Source: Macrostomum lignano
Lineage: Eukaryota
DNA: 64,000 bases
Assembly: GCA_002269645.1 (NCBI GenBank)
Contig: NIVC01003376.1
Span: forward strand, 37,026-101,025
Direction of reading: 5' to 3'
Positions 35,931-48,714 of this stretch are shown here, piece after piece. The position numbers and the translations under genes are program-made. Within the stretch, counting starts at the first letter, position 1. Every line of letters begins with the position of its first letter. Below the pieces are notes generated by a model, which was not told the DNA's origin, ran no database searches, and worked only from the letters and a program-made list of their open reading frames with translations.

Positions 35931-36233
35931 TTCAATGCCTGCATAGAGCCATCAGTACACATATTTAACTTGATTTAATAAACTTAGCAATACTTTATTT
36001 CTGTGCAATAAATATTCAATTCAGCCTATTTTAAATGTAACAATTTTACTGTTATTTGTAATACTTAGGCTCTAATAATTCTCGGGCAGAGTTTAGTGCT
36101 CCGAGATAGAATGCGTTGTACCAATGAAAACTTTTATAAGATAAACAGCAAGCCTCCATACGTGTTTATTTGGGCCTGCTACATCTAGATCTATCTATCT
36201 ATTTTATCCATTTAAGCAATTTAAATTACAGAA

Positions 36234-37266
36234 ATGAAGCCTTGGAACCGAGTGACTCCTAGTCCGAACTTCCTACTGTCTTTGTCATTCTATATTAGAA
36301 CGAAGACTTCTACAACGCAGCAGTGTATTTTATATTCTACTAAAAGTAATACTACTACCGCATTTGCCAATAATAGGGAGAGCTCATCAAAGCAGCCAGT
36401 CACTGTTAACGCTAAACGACAAGATATTCTACGCGAACGATGGTCTCGTCTACCTATTCCAAGAGAGAATTTGCAGTTACGTTTAGCTACTCTAGACGAC
36501 AGAGATCAGGTGCTCAGCATTGAGCCAGATATTCACTATGGCCTTGACTATTTGCCTGACTACTATGAGTATATTGTGAGCAGCCAACACCGGACCGGCA
36601 TTGTTACTGTTGATAAGGCCAGCAATAGAGTTGTGAGTACTGACTGACTGACTGACTGACTGACTGACTGACTGACTGACTGGCTGACTGACTGACTGAC
36701 TGACTGACTGACTGACTGACTGACTGACTGACTGACTGACTGACTGACTGACTGACTGACTGACTGACTGACTGACTGACTGACTGACTGACTGACTGAC
36801 TGACTGACTGACTGACTGACTGACTGACTCACTGACTGACTGACTGACTGACTAACTAACTGAATGACTGACTGACTGACTAACTAACTGACTGACTAAC
36901 TGACTGACTGACTGACTGACTGACTCACTCACTGACTGACTCACTGACTCACTGGCTGACTCACTGACTGACTCACTGACTGACTGACTGACTAACTGAC
37001 TGACTCACTGACTGACTGACTGACTGACTGACTGACTGACTGACTGATTGAATGACTGACTGACTGACTGACTGACTGACTCACTGACTGACTGATTGAC
37101 TGACTGACTCACTGACTGACTGACTCACTGACTGACTGACTCACTGACTGACTGACTGACTGACTCACTGACTGACTGGCTGACTGACTCACTGACTGAC
37201 TGACTCACTGACTCACTGACTGACTGACTGACTCACTGACTCACTGGCTGACTCACTGACTGACTC

Positions 37267-37297
<31 letters not shown>

Positions 37298-39205
37298 CAC
37301 TGACTGACTCACTGACTGACTCACTGACTCACTGACTGACTCACTGACTGACTGACTGACTGACTGACTGACTGACTGACTCACTGACTCACTGACTGAC
37401 TGACTGACTCACTCACTCACTGACTCACTCACTGACTCACTCACTGACTCACTGACTCACTCACTCACTCACTGACTCACTGACTGACTGACTGACTGAC
37501 TGACTGACTGACTGACTGACTGACTGACTGACTGACTGACTGACTCACTGACTCACTGGCTGACTGACTCACTCACTCACTCACTGACTCACTCACTGAC
37601 TGACTCACTGACTCACTCACTGACTCACTCACTGACTCACTCACTGACTCACTGACTGACTGACTGACTGACTGACTGACTGACTCACTCACTGACTGAC
37701 TGACTCACTCACTCACTCACTGACTCACTCACTGACTGACTCACTGACTCACTGACTCACTCACTGACTCACTGACTGACTGACTGACTGACTCACTGAC
37801 TGACTCACTGACTGACTGACTGACTGACTGACTCACTGACTCACTCACTGACTCACTCACTGACTCACTCACTGACTGACTGACTATCTATCCTGATACG
37901 AGGTTATTTACGAGATAGATGTGTAGAGACGATCTATCTATCTATCTATTTAATAAGACATGCCCCATCCATTATAATCACCGCAGTTTTCATTCGGCTA
38001 CGCTATCGTTAACCACGAAGGCCGGAACTTGTCCTACGCTGGCGGCCGCACAGTCAAGGACTTTCGCGCCTACTCGTTGGCAGCTCGAAGTTCACAAGCA
38101 CTGTTTGAAATGTTAAAACCGCGCCTACACCCTGCTGTAATGTGCTGCGGAGTCTATAGTCTGCCAACTTATACTAGGCGTTATTTCGATCAGCTGGGCG
38201 GTGACCTGACAACTAGAGTTGTGCTGCGCAACCAGCAGCTGGGATTTGAATGCTCGGCCGACTACCTGGCTGCTTTAGCTAATAGATTTGCTACTGGGCC
38301 TTCCTCTAGTCTAGAGGAGCCTCACTTAGTGTCCAATCCTGTTGACTTCTTGTGCTCAGAGTCGGTCTGCAGCAGTACAGAGAACCGCCTGTTTAAGCCT
38401 CAACAGTATATACTTGTTGCTAAGGAACCGCTGACAATCTCTAGAGGCAATCTGCTTATTTGGAGAAAATTTCTGCATCAGGTTAGTTTATATTGTTTTA
38501 TTCATTGTCTATGTCACTCAAATTTGTCACTGTTATAATGACCAGCTGTCACTCTAATAATGACTAGTTGTCACATCTGTCACTCTAATAATGACTAGCT
38601 GTCACATCTGTCACTCAAATAATAAGTAGCTTTCATATCTGTCACTCTAATAATGACTAGTTGTCACATCTGTCACTCTAATAATAAGTAGCTGTCATAT
38701 CTGTCACTCTAATAATGACTAGTTGTCACATCTGTCACTCTAATAATGACCATCTGTCACATCTGTCACTAATAATGACCATCTGTCACTCCAGTAATGA
38801 CCAACTGTCACATCTGTCACCAAAACCGCGCCTCAGGTGATGGCCAGTTACTCGGAGCCTGGCCCGGCGCCCACCGGTGAAGTAACCGGTGTCAGCATAG
38901 CCAACTGGACTTCAGTACCGGTTGGCGGGCTCCACCTGGTGCTGAACATCTACTGCCGGACAGAATCGGACGCAGTCGGACATCTGGCCGGTCAGTTACG
39001 AACGGCCGTTAGTCGGCTTCGACTGTCGGATCCACAGCGGCACCGCCTGTACATCAGCGCATTTGTGCCTTCGCACCTGCTGTTTAATGAGACTCTGTCT
39101 GGGCTTCGGCTGCACCCGCTGCTCAGGGATCTGCCGCATTCCTACTCACCGAAACTGGCCTGCGATGCTCGTATTGTGGCCTGGTCTCCCGGAACCTTTG
39201 TCTAA
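36234..39205 (+). CDS. NAT16/histidine N-acetyltransferase-like GNAT, paralog 1 (about 420 aa). Exons 36234-36632, 37987-38481, 38837-39205
   Basis: LQLRLATLDDRDQVLSIEPDIHYGLDYLPDYY resembles the NAT16 N-terminus (IYGGLDYLP); three phase-0 GT-AG junctions; same exon structure as paralog 2. Confidence 0.75.
36640..37885. repeat. (GACT)n/(CACT)n tetranucleotide tract filling NAT16-1 intron 1
   Basis: Direct. Confidence 0.97.
38540..38822. repeat. About 31-bp minisatellite (CTAATAATGACTAGTTGTCACATCTGTCACT)n filling NAT16-1 intron 2
   Basis: Tandem array. Confidence 0.9.
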
Positions 39206-39287
39206 CATTGTTGAGCACTGTTGAGTGGTTTTTCAGATTGAATTTTTACTGGTTTTTTAGGTCTACCAGCGTACGGCATTTGGCTTC

Positions 39288-39393
39288 CAGTGACAATTTC
39301 ACAGTCTGTCAGTGACAATTTCACAGTCGGTCAGTGACAATTTCACAGTCTGTCAGTGACAATTTCACAGTCTGTCAGTGACAATTTCACAGT
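39288..39393. repeat. About 22-bp repeat (CAGTGACAATTTCACAGTCTGT)n
   Basis: About 5 copies. Confidence 0.85.
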
Positions 39394-39402
39394 CGTACTA
39401 GA

Positions 39403-40008
39403 CAACAGGTACTAAAATAACTAGATGGGCCACTCAGACATAGTAAAACAGCTTTCTACTTTCAGTTCAGTAGCAAAGAGGAATACATAAGCTACTCTAT
39501 AAAAACAAGGCAGCTGAAATGACTTTGATAAGTAGGAAGTCCAAGCTTGCAGGCGTAAACAACTTGCTAATTGGTTCAGCAATAATGTACATTGGCCAGT
39601 CCACTGGAATGTACATCATGGCAGCTTTAGGCTGGAATTCCGAGAACGGCAATAAAAATTGGGTCGGATGGGGGCATGCTTGGGCGCAACCTAGGGATTC
39701 ACTCGGCCGTTTCTATTGGCAACACACACACATAAGTCGCTATCGGACGGAATAGTAGTCACGTGACTGCTCTCAGCCAATAGCGACTTACATATATGTG
39801 TTGCCAATAGAAACGGCCGGGTGATTCCCAAAGTTGCGCATGTATGGATGGGGGGGGTAGTGCGGAAAGGCGCGGTTGGAGAGTTTAAGCTCGGGGGGGG
39901 GGCTAAGAGCCAATAAATGAGCCTTGGCTTTAAAAATACATTAAAATGCTTCTGTTAATCCTACTACTGAACTGAAAGTAGCTTACACGCAAATGTGCTG
40001 AGTGGCCC
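39403..40008 (+). mobile_element. hAT-type non-autonomous element family C with a nested family B MITE
   Basis: Colinear with the uninterrupted copy at 59670-60104 apart from the 39675-39846 insertion. Confidence 0.85.
39675..39846 (-). mobile_element. Fold-back MITE family B nested in family C
   Basis: Reverse complement of 15405-15576; 8-bp TSD GATGGGGG. Confidence 0.88.
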
Positions 40009-40754
40009 TATAAGTTTAATATAAGTTTAATTGATAGAGCTTATCGATACAGATGAATTTTATTTTAATAACAGCGGTTAATCTGTTGTCAGTATCAGCG
40101 GTTGTGCTCGTCTGTCATGTCTTTCCCCTGCCTTCTGATATTTCTTTTACACTCGTATTTCAAACGATTTTTATATTATCCTAGCTTATTAGTTAGTTAA
40201 TCTTGTTCTCTATTTAGCACAAAGATTTCAGGTAGTTCGTGAATGGTTTTCAAATTAGTTCACTTTAAAAGCTATCGAAGCGAAACAGGGAAGTTTTTTC
40301 TGAAATTTTAAGAATTATTGTTATGTTTGAAACGTCTGTACTGCACACTTTTATTTAATTATCCGAAAATAAAATGTTCTGTTTTGTTAGTGTATACATA
40401 TTCTTTACTAATCTACTGCTAGTAGTTTGTGTGCAACGTATTTCAACAGCTGGAATTCTCATAGGAATGCCACAGAAAGTTCTATAGAAGTAGATTGATT
40501 TAGCTGTGGGGATTCCACTAAAGTGGTTCCTTTGAGGGAAATCCATGGATAGGAACCCCATGGTGAATTCTACTGGGGGATTCTACTGAAGGGAATTCCA
40601 TGGAGAGGGATTCCACTGAGATAAAATCCGTTGACTCCGCATAGCGATGAGTTTTGCCTAGTGTTTTACTATTCTTTCTACTATTAGTAGGTTGCATGTA
40701 GCTAATGATATTTTTCCGTCGTTTCTTAATAACAATTCATGCGCAGTGGCAAGC

Positions 40755-43430
40755 ATGTCGTCAGTCGCCGCTCTCTGCACTCGCCGCTTCCTGTCCACGG
40801 CTGGGCAGCGTCGAGTCACCTCGTTGAGCCAAATCAGCATGCACGCTAATTTAGAGGAGAAATTTAAAAAATTTCCCATACCGAAAGAGAATTTACAATT
40901 TCGTTTGGCCACTTTGGCGGATAAAGCGGAAGTGTTGAAAATTGAACCGGATATTCACTACGGACTCGATTATATGCAGGATTATTACGATGAAATTATC
41001 AGGCATGATGATCGCTACGGAATTGTGGCTGTTGATACCGTTAATAATAAAATTGTAAGTCATGAGCTAAATAATCAAAGTATATTCTGTATTTTGAGTT
41101 TGTGTCTGTTTTCTTATTTTGCAGTTTATTGTGTCTTGTGTGTCCTATTGTACATTCAGTGCAATGCATTAGTCTATGGCTTTGTGTCCCTAATGTACAT
41201 TCAGTACACAGAATTAGCCTATGGCTTTATCTCTAATGTACATCCAGTACACAGCATTAGTCTATGGCTCTGTGTCCCTAATGTATATTCAGTACACAGC
41301 ACCAGTCTATGGCCCTATCTCTAATGTACATTCAGTGCACAGCATTAGTCTATGGCCCTATCTCTGATGTACATTCAGTACACAGCACCAGTCTATGGCT
41401 CTGTCCCTAATGTACATTCAGTACACAGCATTAGTCTATGGCCCTATCTCTAATGTACATTCAGTACACAGCATTAGTCTATGGCCCTATCTCTAATGTA
41501 CATTCAGTATACAGCACCAGTCTATGGCCCTATCTCTAATGTACATTCAGTATACAGCACCAGTCTATGGCCCTATCTCTAATGTACATTCAGTACACAG
41601 CACCAGTCTATGGCCCTATCTCTAATGTACATTCAGTACACAGCACCAGTCTATGGCCCTATCTCTAATGTACAATCAGTACACAGCACCAGTCTATGGC
41701 CCTATCTCTAATGTACATTCAGTACACAGCACCAGTCTATGGCCCTATCTCTAATGTACAATCAGTACACAGCACCAGTCTATGGCCCTATCTCTAATGT
41801 ACATTCAGTACACAGCACCAGTCTATGGCCCTATCTCTAATGTACATTCAGTACACAGCACCAGTCTATGGCCCTATCTCTAATGTACAATCAGTACACA
41901 GCACCAGTCTATGGCCCTATCTCTAATGTACATTCATTACACAGCATTAGTCTATGGCCCTATCTCTAATGTACATTCAGTACGCAGCACCAGTCTATGG
42001 CCCTATCTCTAATGTACATTCAGTACACAGCACCAGTCTATGGCCCTATCTCTAATGTACATTCAGTACACAGCACCAGTCTATGGCCCTATCTCTAATG
42101 TACATGGCTCTATGGCTCTGTGTCCCCTCTAAACCCTGCAGCTCACATTTGCCTACGCAATCGTGAACGAAGGCGGTCGCAATCTGTCGTTCGGCGGTGG
42201 TCGAACTGTAGCAGGTGTCAGGGATTTCGGCCTGATGTCTTACGCCACTCGAGCTCTATTGGAGCATCTGCAGCCCCGTCTGCATAGCCTAGCCGGCTGT
42301 TGCGGTGTCTACAGCCTTCCAGTTTATAATAGAAACTTCTTTGAGAATCGTCAACACCTACTAAAAGTAGTGCTACACAATCAACAATTAGGATTTGAAT
42401 GTACAGCGGATTATTGGGAAAATTTGGCAACGAGATTTGCGGCTAGCGAACCGCGACAAGGCGAGCCGGTGCCAGTGTCCGATCCTGTCCAGTTTCTCAG
42501 CTCTGAGTCTGTTTGCAGTAGCACTGAGAACCGGTTGTTTAAACCTGACCAACACATTCTCATTGCCAAGGAGTCCCTTGTACTGTCTAAAGGCAATCTG
42601 AAAATATGGAATAACTATCTGCATCAGGTAACACTTGAAGTACTTTTTCATGGAAACCAATTGGATGACGACCGATCATTACCATATACACTATAGACCA
42701 AGACTAAGACATTAGACCTACCAAGATTCTCCTCACCAAGATTCTTCCCACTAAGATTCTTCCCACCAAGATTCAGCTTTTCACCAAGATTCTCCCCACC
42801 AAGATTCCTCCCACCAAGACTCCCCACTAAAATTCTCCCCACCAATCTTCTTCACACCAAGATTCTCCTCACCAAGATTCTTCCCACTAAGATCCCCCGC
42901 CAAGACTCTCCCCAACAGGATTCTTCCCACCAAGATTCAGCTTTTCACCAAGATTCTCCCCACCAAATTCTCCCAAAGAGCTGCTCAGTTGCTTCAAGCA
43001 AATAGGCGATACGAAAACAATAGTTTAATTAAATAAAATTTATCCCAAACCCGCGCCCCAGGTGATGGCCAGTTACTCGGAGCCTGGCCCGGGGCCCACC
43101 GGTGAAGTAACCGGTGTTAGCATAGCCAACTGGACTTCAGTACCGGTTGGCGGGCTCCACCTGGTGCTGAACATCTACTGCCGGACAGAATCGGACGCAG
43201 TCGAACATCTGGCCGGTCAGTTACGAACGGCCGTTAGTCGGCTTCGACTGTCGGATCCACAGCGGCACCGGCTGTACATCAGCGCATTTGTGCCTTCGCA
43301 CCTGCTGTTTAATGAGACTCTGTCTGGGCTTCGGCTGCACCCGCTGCTCAGGGATCTGCCGCATTCCTACTCACCGAAACTGGCCTGCGATGCTCGTATT
43401 GGAGCCTGGTCACCTGGCGCCTATGTCTGA
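40755..43430 (+). CDS. NAT16/histidine N-acetyltransferase-like GNAT, paralog 2 (about 384 aa) with mitochondrial-presequence-like N-terminus. Exons 40755-41054, 42142-42627, 43062-43430
   Basis: MSSVAALCTRRFLSTAGQRR; LQFRLATLADKAEVLKIEPDIHYGLDY; same intron positions and phases as paralog 1. Confidence 0.75.
41145..42105. repeat. 43-bp minisatellite (AATGTACATTCAGTACACAGCACCAGTCTATGGCCCTATCTCT)n filling NAT16-2 intron 1
   Basis: Tandem array. Confidence 0.95.
42718..42978. repeat. CACCAAGATTCTCCC-type minisatellite in NAT16-2 intron 2
   Basis: Same core as 45340-46900. Confidence 0.85.
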
Positions 43431-43669
43431 TGCCTTTGTAGCTGAATTGATCATTTACTATGCTTACGGCGTGAAAAATCATAATATTCAAAAGGTTCGC
43501 TTCCACTTGTCTTGCGTTGGTCTCTCCAGTGCGGGGCCAACCCCTATGGGCGGTCACATGCGGTCAGCGAAGCCTCTCTATCCGACCCTCGGGGGGCCTT
43601 TGAGTCAGTACAATAGCAATCATGGCCCGCCTAACCTGTGTGGCTCTTGTCAGCTCTCTTCTCTCTTTT

Positions 43670-44500
43670 TCTTCTCCAACCTCTCCTCTCCTCACTCCCT
43701 CTAATCCCTGCTCTGCTCTCCCCTCTCCTCTCCTCTCCTCTCCTCACTCCCTCTAATCCCTGCTCTGCTCTCCCCTCTCCTCTCCTCTCCTCACTCCCTC
43801 TAATCCCTGCTCTGCTCTCCCCTCTCCTCTCCTCTCCTCACTCCCCTCTAATCCCTGCTCTGCTCTCCCCTCTCCTCTCCTCTCCTCTCCTCACTCCCTC
43901 TAATCCCTGCTCTGCTCTCCCCTCTCCTCTCCTCTCCTCACTCCCTCTAATCCCTGCTCTGCTCTCCCCTCTCCTCTCCTCTCCTCACTCCCTCTAATCC
44001 CTGCTCTGCTCTCCCCTCTCCTCTCCTCTCCTCTCCTCACTCCCTCTAATCCCTGCTCTGCTCTCCCCTCTCCTCTCCTCTCCTCACTCCCTCTAATCCC
44101 TGCTCTGCTCTCCCCTCTCCTCTCCTCTCCTCACTCCCTCTAATCCCTGCTCTGCTCTCCCCTCTCCTCTCCTCTCCTCTCCTCACTCCCTCTAATCCCT
44201 GCTCTGCTCTCCCCTCTCCTCTCCTCTCCTCACTCCCTCTAATCCCTGCTCTGCTCTCCCCTCTCCTCTCCTCTCCTCACTCCCTCTAATCCCTGCTCTG
44301 CTCTCCCCTCTCCTCTCCTCTCCTCTCCTCACTCCCTCTAATCCCTGCTCTGCTCTCCCCTCTCCTCTCCTCTCCTCACTCCCTCTAATCCCTGCTCTGC
44401 TCTCCCCTCTCCTCTCCTCTCCTCTCCTCTTATCTCCTCTCTTCTCCCCTCTCCTCTCCTCTCTCCTCTCCTCTTATCTCCTCTCTCCTTTCCTCTCCTA
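43670..44500. repeat. CT-rich 41-46-bp minisatellite
   Basis: (CTCCTCACTCCCTCTAATCCCTGCTCTGCTCTCCCCTCTCCT)n. Confidence 0.93.
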
Positions 44501-45339
44501 TCTACTCATTCCAATATTCATCTCATTTGTCTCTAAATAAGTTGACCAATTCTAACTTTGAACAGAGTGTACACACTGCCTGAGACAATGCAGAGCAATA
44601 GTCGAAACTGCACCCGCTGTGAACCCTGTGTGAGTTAGCCCAGGGGTCAGCGGAACGGGCTACAACTGCTTGTCCATGGCTGGCTGCGGGGGTCAACTGC
44701 TGCCTCTGATATGCGGCAGTTGCCAAAACAATGCCAGTGATGCCACTTTTCCAGTTTAGACTAACTTCATCAACTTATCAAATGTGCGCTTTTAAAGTGA
44801 ATAAATATGATGTGTTTCATTTCTATGCAATGCGTACACCGGGTGCCTATTTTTGTGATAAAATCTCGCTTTAATAACTTTAATAGTGTTTTTTATAAAA
44901 TAATTTGTCCAAATTCTAATAAAGTATCGGTTTTTTATCTGATAGATTTAAAAGCTGGAATCAGTTTTGTCGCCTTAATTAATTCTTGCTTGAAGTCCAG
45001 GTAGTAAAAGTATCATTTTTAAATATATTAAATACAGCTTCATTATACTTAAAAATGTTAATTCTTACTGAATTTATACGCTTGTACACATCCTAGCCAC
45101 ATCTTGACACGCCTTCTTCGACATCTACCCGCAGTCAGTTACCCGCTGAGCCAATTCTGCCCATTCAGATGACTTCTGAGCACAGGCTAAACCAATACTG
45201 TAGGCAGGCACGCACTCATTCACACGCTCACACAGGGTGCACACAGGCCCTGACTATCTAATCGTCAGGCATGTACACTCTGTGTGCCTTGGGGGCTGGC
45301 CCTTAATGGCTGTGAATCGCAGACAACCACGATTGTCCA

Positions 45340-46900
45340 TCAAGAATTCAACAAGATTCCCCGGCCCACCAAGATTCTCCCCACTAAAAATCTCCCCACC
45401 AATATTCCCCCACCAAGATTCTCCCCTTAAGATTCTCCTCACCAAGATTCTCTCCCCCAATATTCCCCCACCAAAACTACCCACCAAGATTCTCTCCACC
45501 AAGATTCTCTCCCCCAATATTCCCCCACCAAAACTACCCACCAAGATTCTCTCCACCAAGATTCTCTCTCCCAATATTCCCCCCACCAAAACTACCCACC
45601 AAGATTCTCTCCCCCAATATTCCCCCACCAAAACTACCCACCAAGATTCTCTCCACCAAGATTCTCTCTCCCAATATTCCCCCCACCAAAACTACCCACC
45701 AAGATTCTCTCCCCCAATATTCCCCCCACCAAAACTACCCACCAAGATTCTCTCCACCAAGATTCTCTCTCCCAATATTCCCCCACCAAAACTACCCACC
45801 AAGATTCTCTCCCCCAATATTCCCCCACCAAAACTACCCACCAAGATTCTCTCCACCAAGATTCTCTCCCCAATATTCCCCCACCAAAACTACCCACCAA
45901 GATTCTCTCCCCCAATATTCCCCCACCAAAACTACCCACCAAGATTCTCTTCCCCAATATTCCCCCACCAAAACTATCCATCAAGATTCCCCCACCAAGA
46001 TTCTCTCCCCCAATATTCCCCACCAAAACTACCCACCCAGATTCTCTCCCACAATATTCCCCCACCAAAACTACCCACCAAGATTCTCTCCACCAAGATT
46101 CTCTCTCCCAATATTCCCCCACCAAAACTACCCACCAAGATTCTCCCCACCAAGATTCTCTCCCCCAATATTCCCCCACCAAAACTACCCATCAAGATTC
46201 TCCCCACCAAGATTCTCTCCACCAAGATTCTCTCCCCCAATATTCCCCCACCAAAACTACCCACCAAGATTCTCTCCCCCAATATTCCCCCACCAAAACT
46301 ACCCACCAAGATTCTCTTCCCCAATATTCCCCCACCAAAACTACCCATCAAGATTCTCTCCCCCAATATTCCCCCACCAAAACTACCCACCAAGATTCTC
46401 TCCCCCAATATTCCCCCACCAAAACTACCCACCAAGATTCTCTTCCCCAATATTCCCCCACCAAAACTATCCATCAAGATTCCCCCACCAAGATTCTCTC
46501 CCCCAATATTCCCCCACCAAAACTACCCACCAAGATTCTCTTCCCCAATATTCCCCCACCAAAACTATCCATCAAGATTCCCCACCAAGATTCTCTCCCC
46601 CAATATTCCCCCACCAAAACTACCCACCAAGATTCTCTCCACCAAGATTCTCTCTCCCAATATTCCCCCACCAAAACTACCCACCAAGATTCTCCCCACC
46701 AAGATTCTCTCCCCCAATATTCCCCCCACCAAAACTACCCATCAAGATTCTCTCTCCCAATATTCCCCCACCAAAACTACCCACCAAGATTCTCTTCCCC
46801 AATATTCCCCCACCAAAACTATCCATCAAGATTCCCCCACCAAAACTACCCATCAAGATTCCCCCACCGAGATTCTCCTCCAAAATTGTTCTCACCAAGA
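45340..46900. repeat. About 42-bp minisatellite (CCACCAAGATTCTCTCCCCCAATATTCCCCCACCAAAACTAC)n
   Basis: Tandem array; explains the 581-aa PPKLPTKIL ORF. Confidence 0.93.
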
Positions 46901-47074
46901 TCTGAACTATGTTAGAACGTTTGCACATTCTAGTACTACAGTAGCTAATATCGATGGCACATATATTTTTTTAATTATATAAAATTCAAATTAAACTTCT
47001 ACTGTTCCCTTTGCTGACACTTCTGCGTAAAACACCTATTAGAAGCATTAATTAATTAATTACTAAGTAGAGCA

Positions 47075-48626
47075 ATGGTTAAAGACTCGAAAGAGGCTGC
47101 AACCGGTACGAGCCACGGCGATGTCAATCTGTCGGAGACTTCGACTCCAAGATTGCCGAGTTTCGAAAGTTTAGAAACCGAGGAGCGAACCGCGTTCAGC
47201 ATGAGCTACGATTTGCTCCGCTACAACCTGGAGAACATGCCGCTGCCGCCTGATGTCAATCACGAGGCCGAGGCTGTGGCCGAGTCTGCAAGCAGGGAGC
47301 TGCTGGGCGACTCTAACGAGGTGACCTGACAACCTAGTTGAATGGTGATATCTGCGTGTTGGCCAACCGCCACAACTCCCAGATCCTTAGATATTGAGCT
47401 AGAATCCCAGATCCTCAGTTGCTGGGCCAGCCTCCCAGATCCCCAGTTGCTGGGCCAGCCTCCCAAATCCTCTGTTGCTGGGCCACCAGCCTCCAAGATC
47501 CTAAGTTGCTGGGCCAGCCTCCCAAATCCCCAGTTGCTGGGCCACCAGCCTCCCAGATCTTCAGTTACTGGGCCAGCCTCCCAGAGTGTCAGTCTCTGGA
47601 CCAGCCTCCCAAATCCTCAATTTCTGGACCACCAGCCTCCCAGATCTTCAGTTGCTGGGCCAGCCTTCCAGATCCTAAGTTGCTGGGCCAGCGTCCCAGA
47701 TCCTCAGTTGCTGGGCCAGCGTCCCAGAGTGTCAGTCTCTGGACCAGCCTCCCAAATCCTCAATTTCTGGACCACCAGCCTCCCAGATCTTCAGTTGCTG
47801 GGCCAGCCTCCCAGATCCTAAGTTGCTGGGCCAGCGTCCCAGATCCTCAGTTGCTGGACCACCAGCCTCCCAGATCCTCAGTTGCTGGGCCAGCCTCCCA
47901 GATCCTAAGTTGCTGGGCCAGCGTCCCAGATCCTCAGTTGCTGGACCACCAGCCTCCCAGATCCTCAGTTGCTGGACCAGCCTCCCAGATCCTCAGTTGC
48001 TGGACCAGCCTCCCAGATCCTCAGTTGCTGGACCAGCCTCCCAGATCCTCAGTTGCTGGACCAGCCTCCCAAATCCTCCCAGTTGTACTCTTATTAGCTT
48101 CTTGTGTCACGCGACCAATGAACAAAAAACTCTATAGGTGAACAACCTGCTCCGGTCCCCACTGGGCACCCAGCTGAGCAGCAGCAGCCTTGGGCAGGAG
48201 ATGTCCCGACTCGCCGACGAGTTCCGCGCCTCTCGCCAGGGCACCCAGGCGGATCAGCTGGCCGCCAGCGTGAACCTATCGGAGCTGTCTAGCAATCCCC
48301 ATAGCTTCACTGACATTCTCGAACAGCTGTTCCACTCCGGCTACAATGTGGAATCGTTCGTAGCTCTGTTCCATTTTGTTGCTAGGCTGTTGCAGCGTGC
48401 CTACTTTGAAGGCGGCGAATCCGTGTTCAAGGATCTGTGCAAACAGCTCATGTTTGCTTTCCTAACCTATCTGCTGGCTAACCTGATCAAGTTTCTGGCT
48501 AATATGTTTCGAAATCTTAGCCAGAGGCGTCAGGAAGCTCTGTTGGGTTTTTTGTCCGGTCTTGCCGTGGCTTCTGCCGCCTGCGCCGTTGTTGGCTATT
48601 TTGTACTGCGGAATATTGATAAGTGA
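47075..48626 (+). CDS. Divergent Bcl-2-family tail-anchored protein A (about 244 aa). Exons 47075-47320, 48138-48626
   Basis: BH4-like SYDLLRYNL; BH3-like LGQEMSRLADEF; BH1-like FTDILEQLFHSGYNVESFVALFHF (NWGR replaced by NVES); C-terminal TM LLGFLSGLAVASAACAVVGYFVL+RNIDK; phase-0 GT-AG intron. Confidence 0.65.
47395..48078 (+). repeat. Minisatellite family P filling the intron of Bcl-2-like A
   Basis: Same unit as 22088. Confidence 0.92.
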
Positions 48627-48714
48627 GGTTGGTTATAAACTGTCTTTTCATCGGTATTATACTGGCAATATTGTTGTTTGGCATCGGGCATGGTGCATGG
48701 ACTGCTATAGTCGA

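Noticed and set aside
39519-39755. Duplicated small ORF MTLISRKSKLAGVNN (also 59728-59934)
   Set aside because: Interior of the non-autonomous family C element; no transposase motifs
45237-46982. 581-aa Pro/Lys-rich ORF
   Set aside because: Translation of a 42-bp minisatellite; overlapping repeat ORFs on both strands and no unique domain
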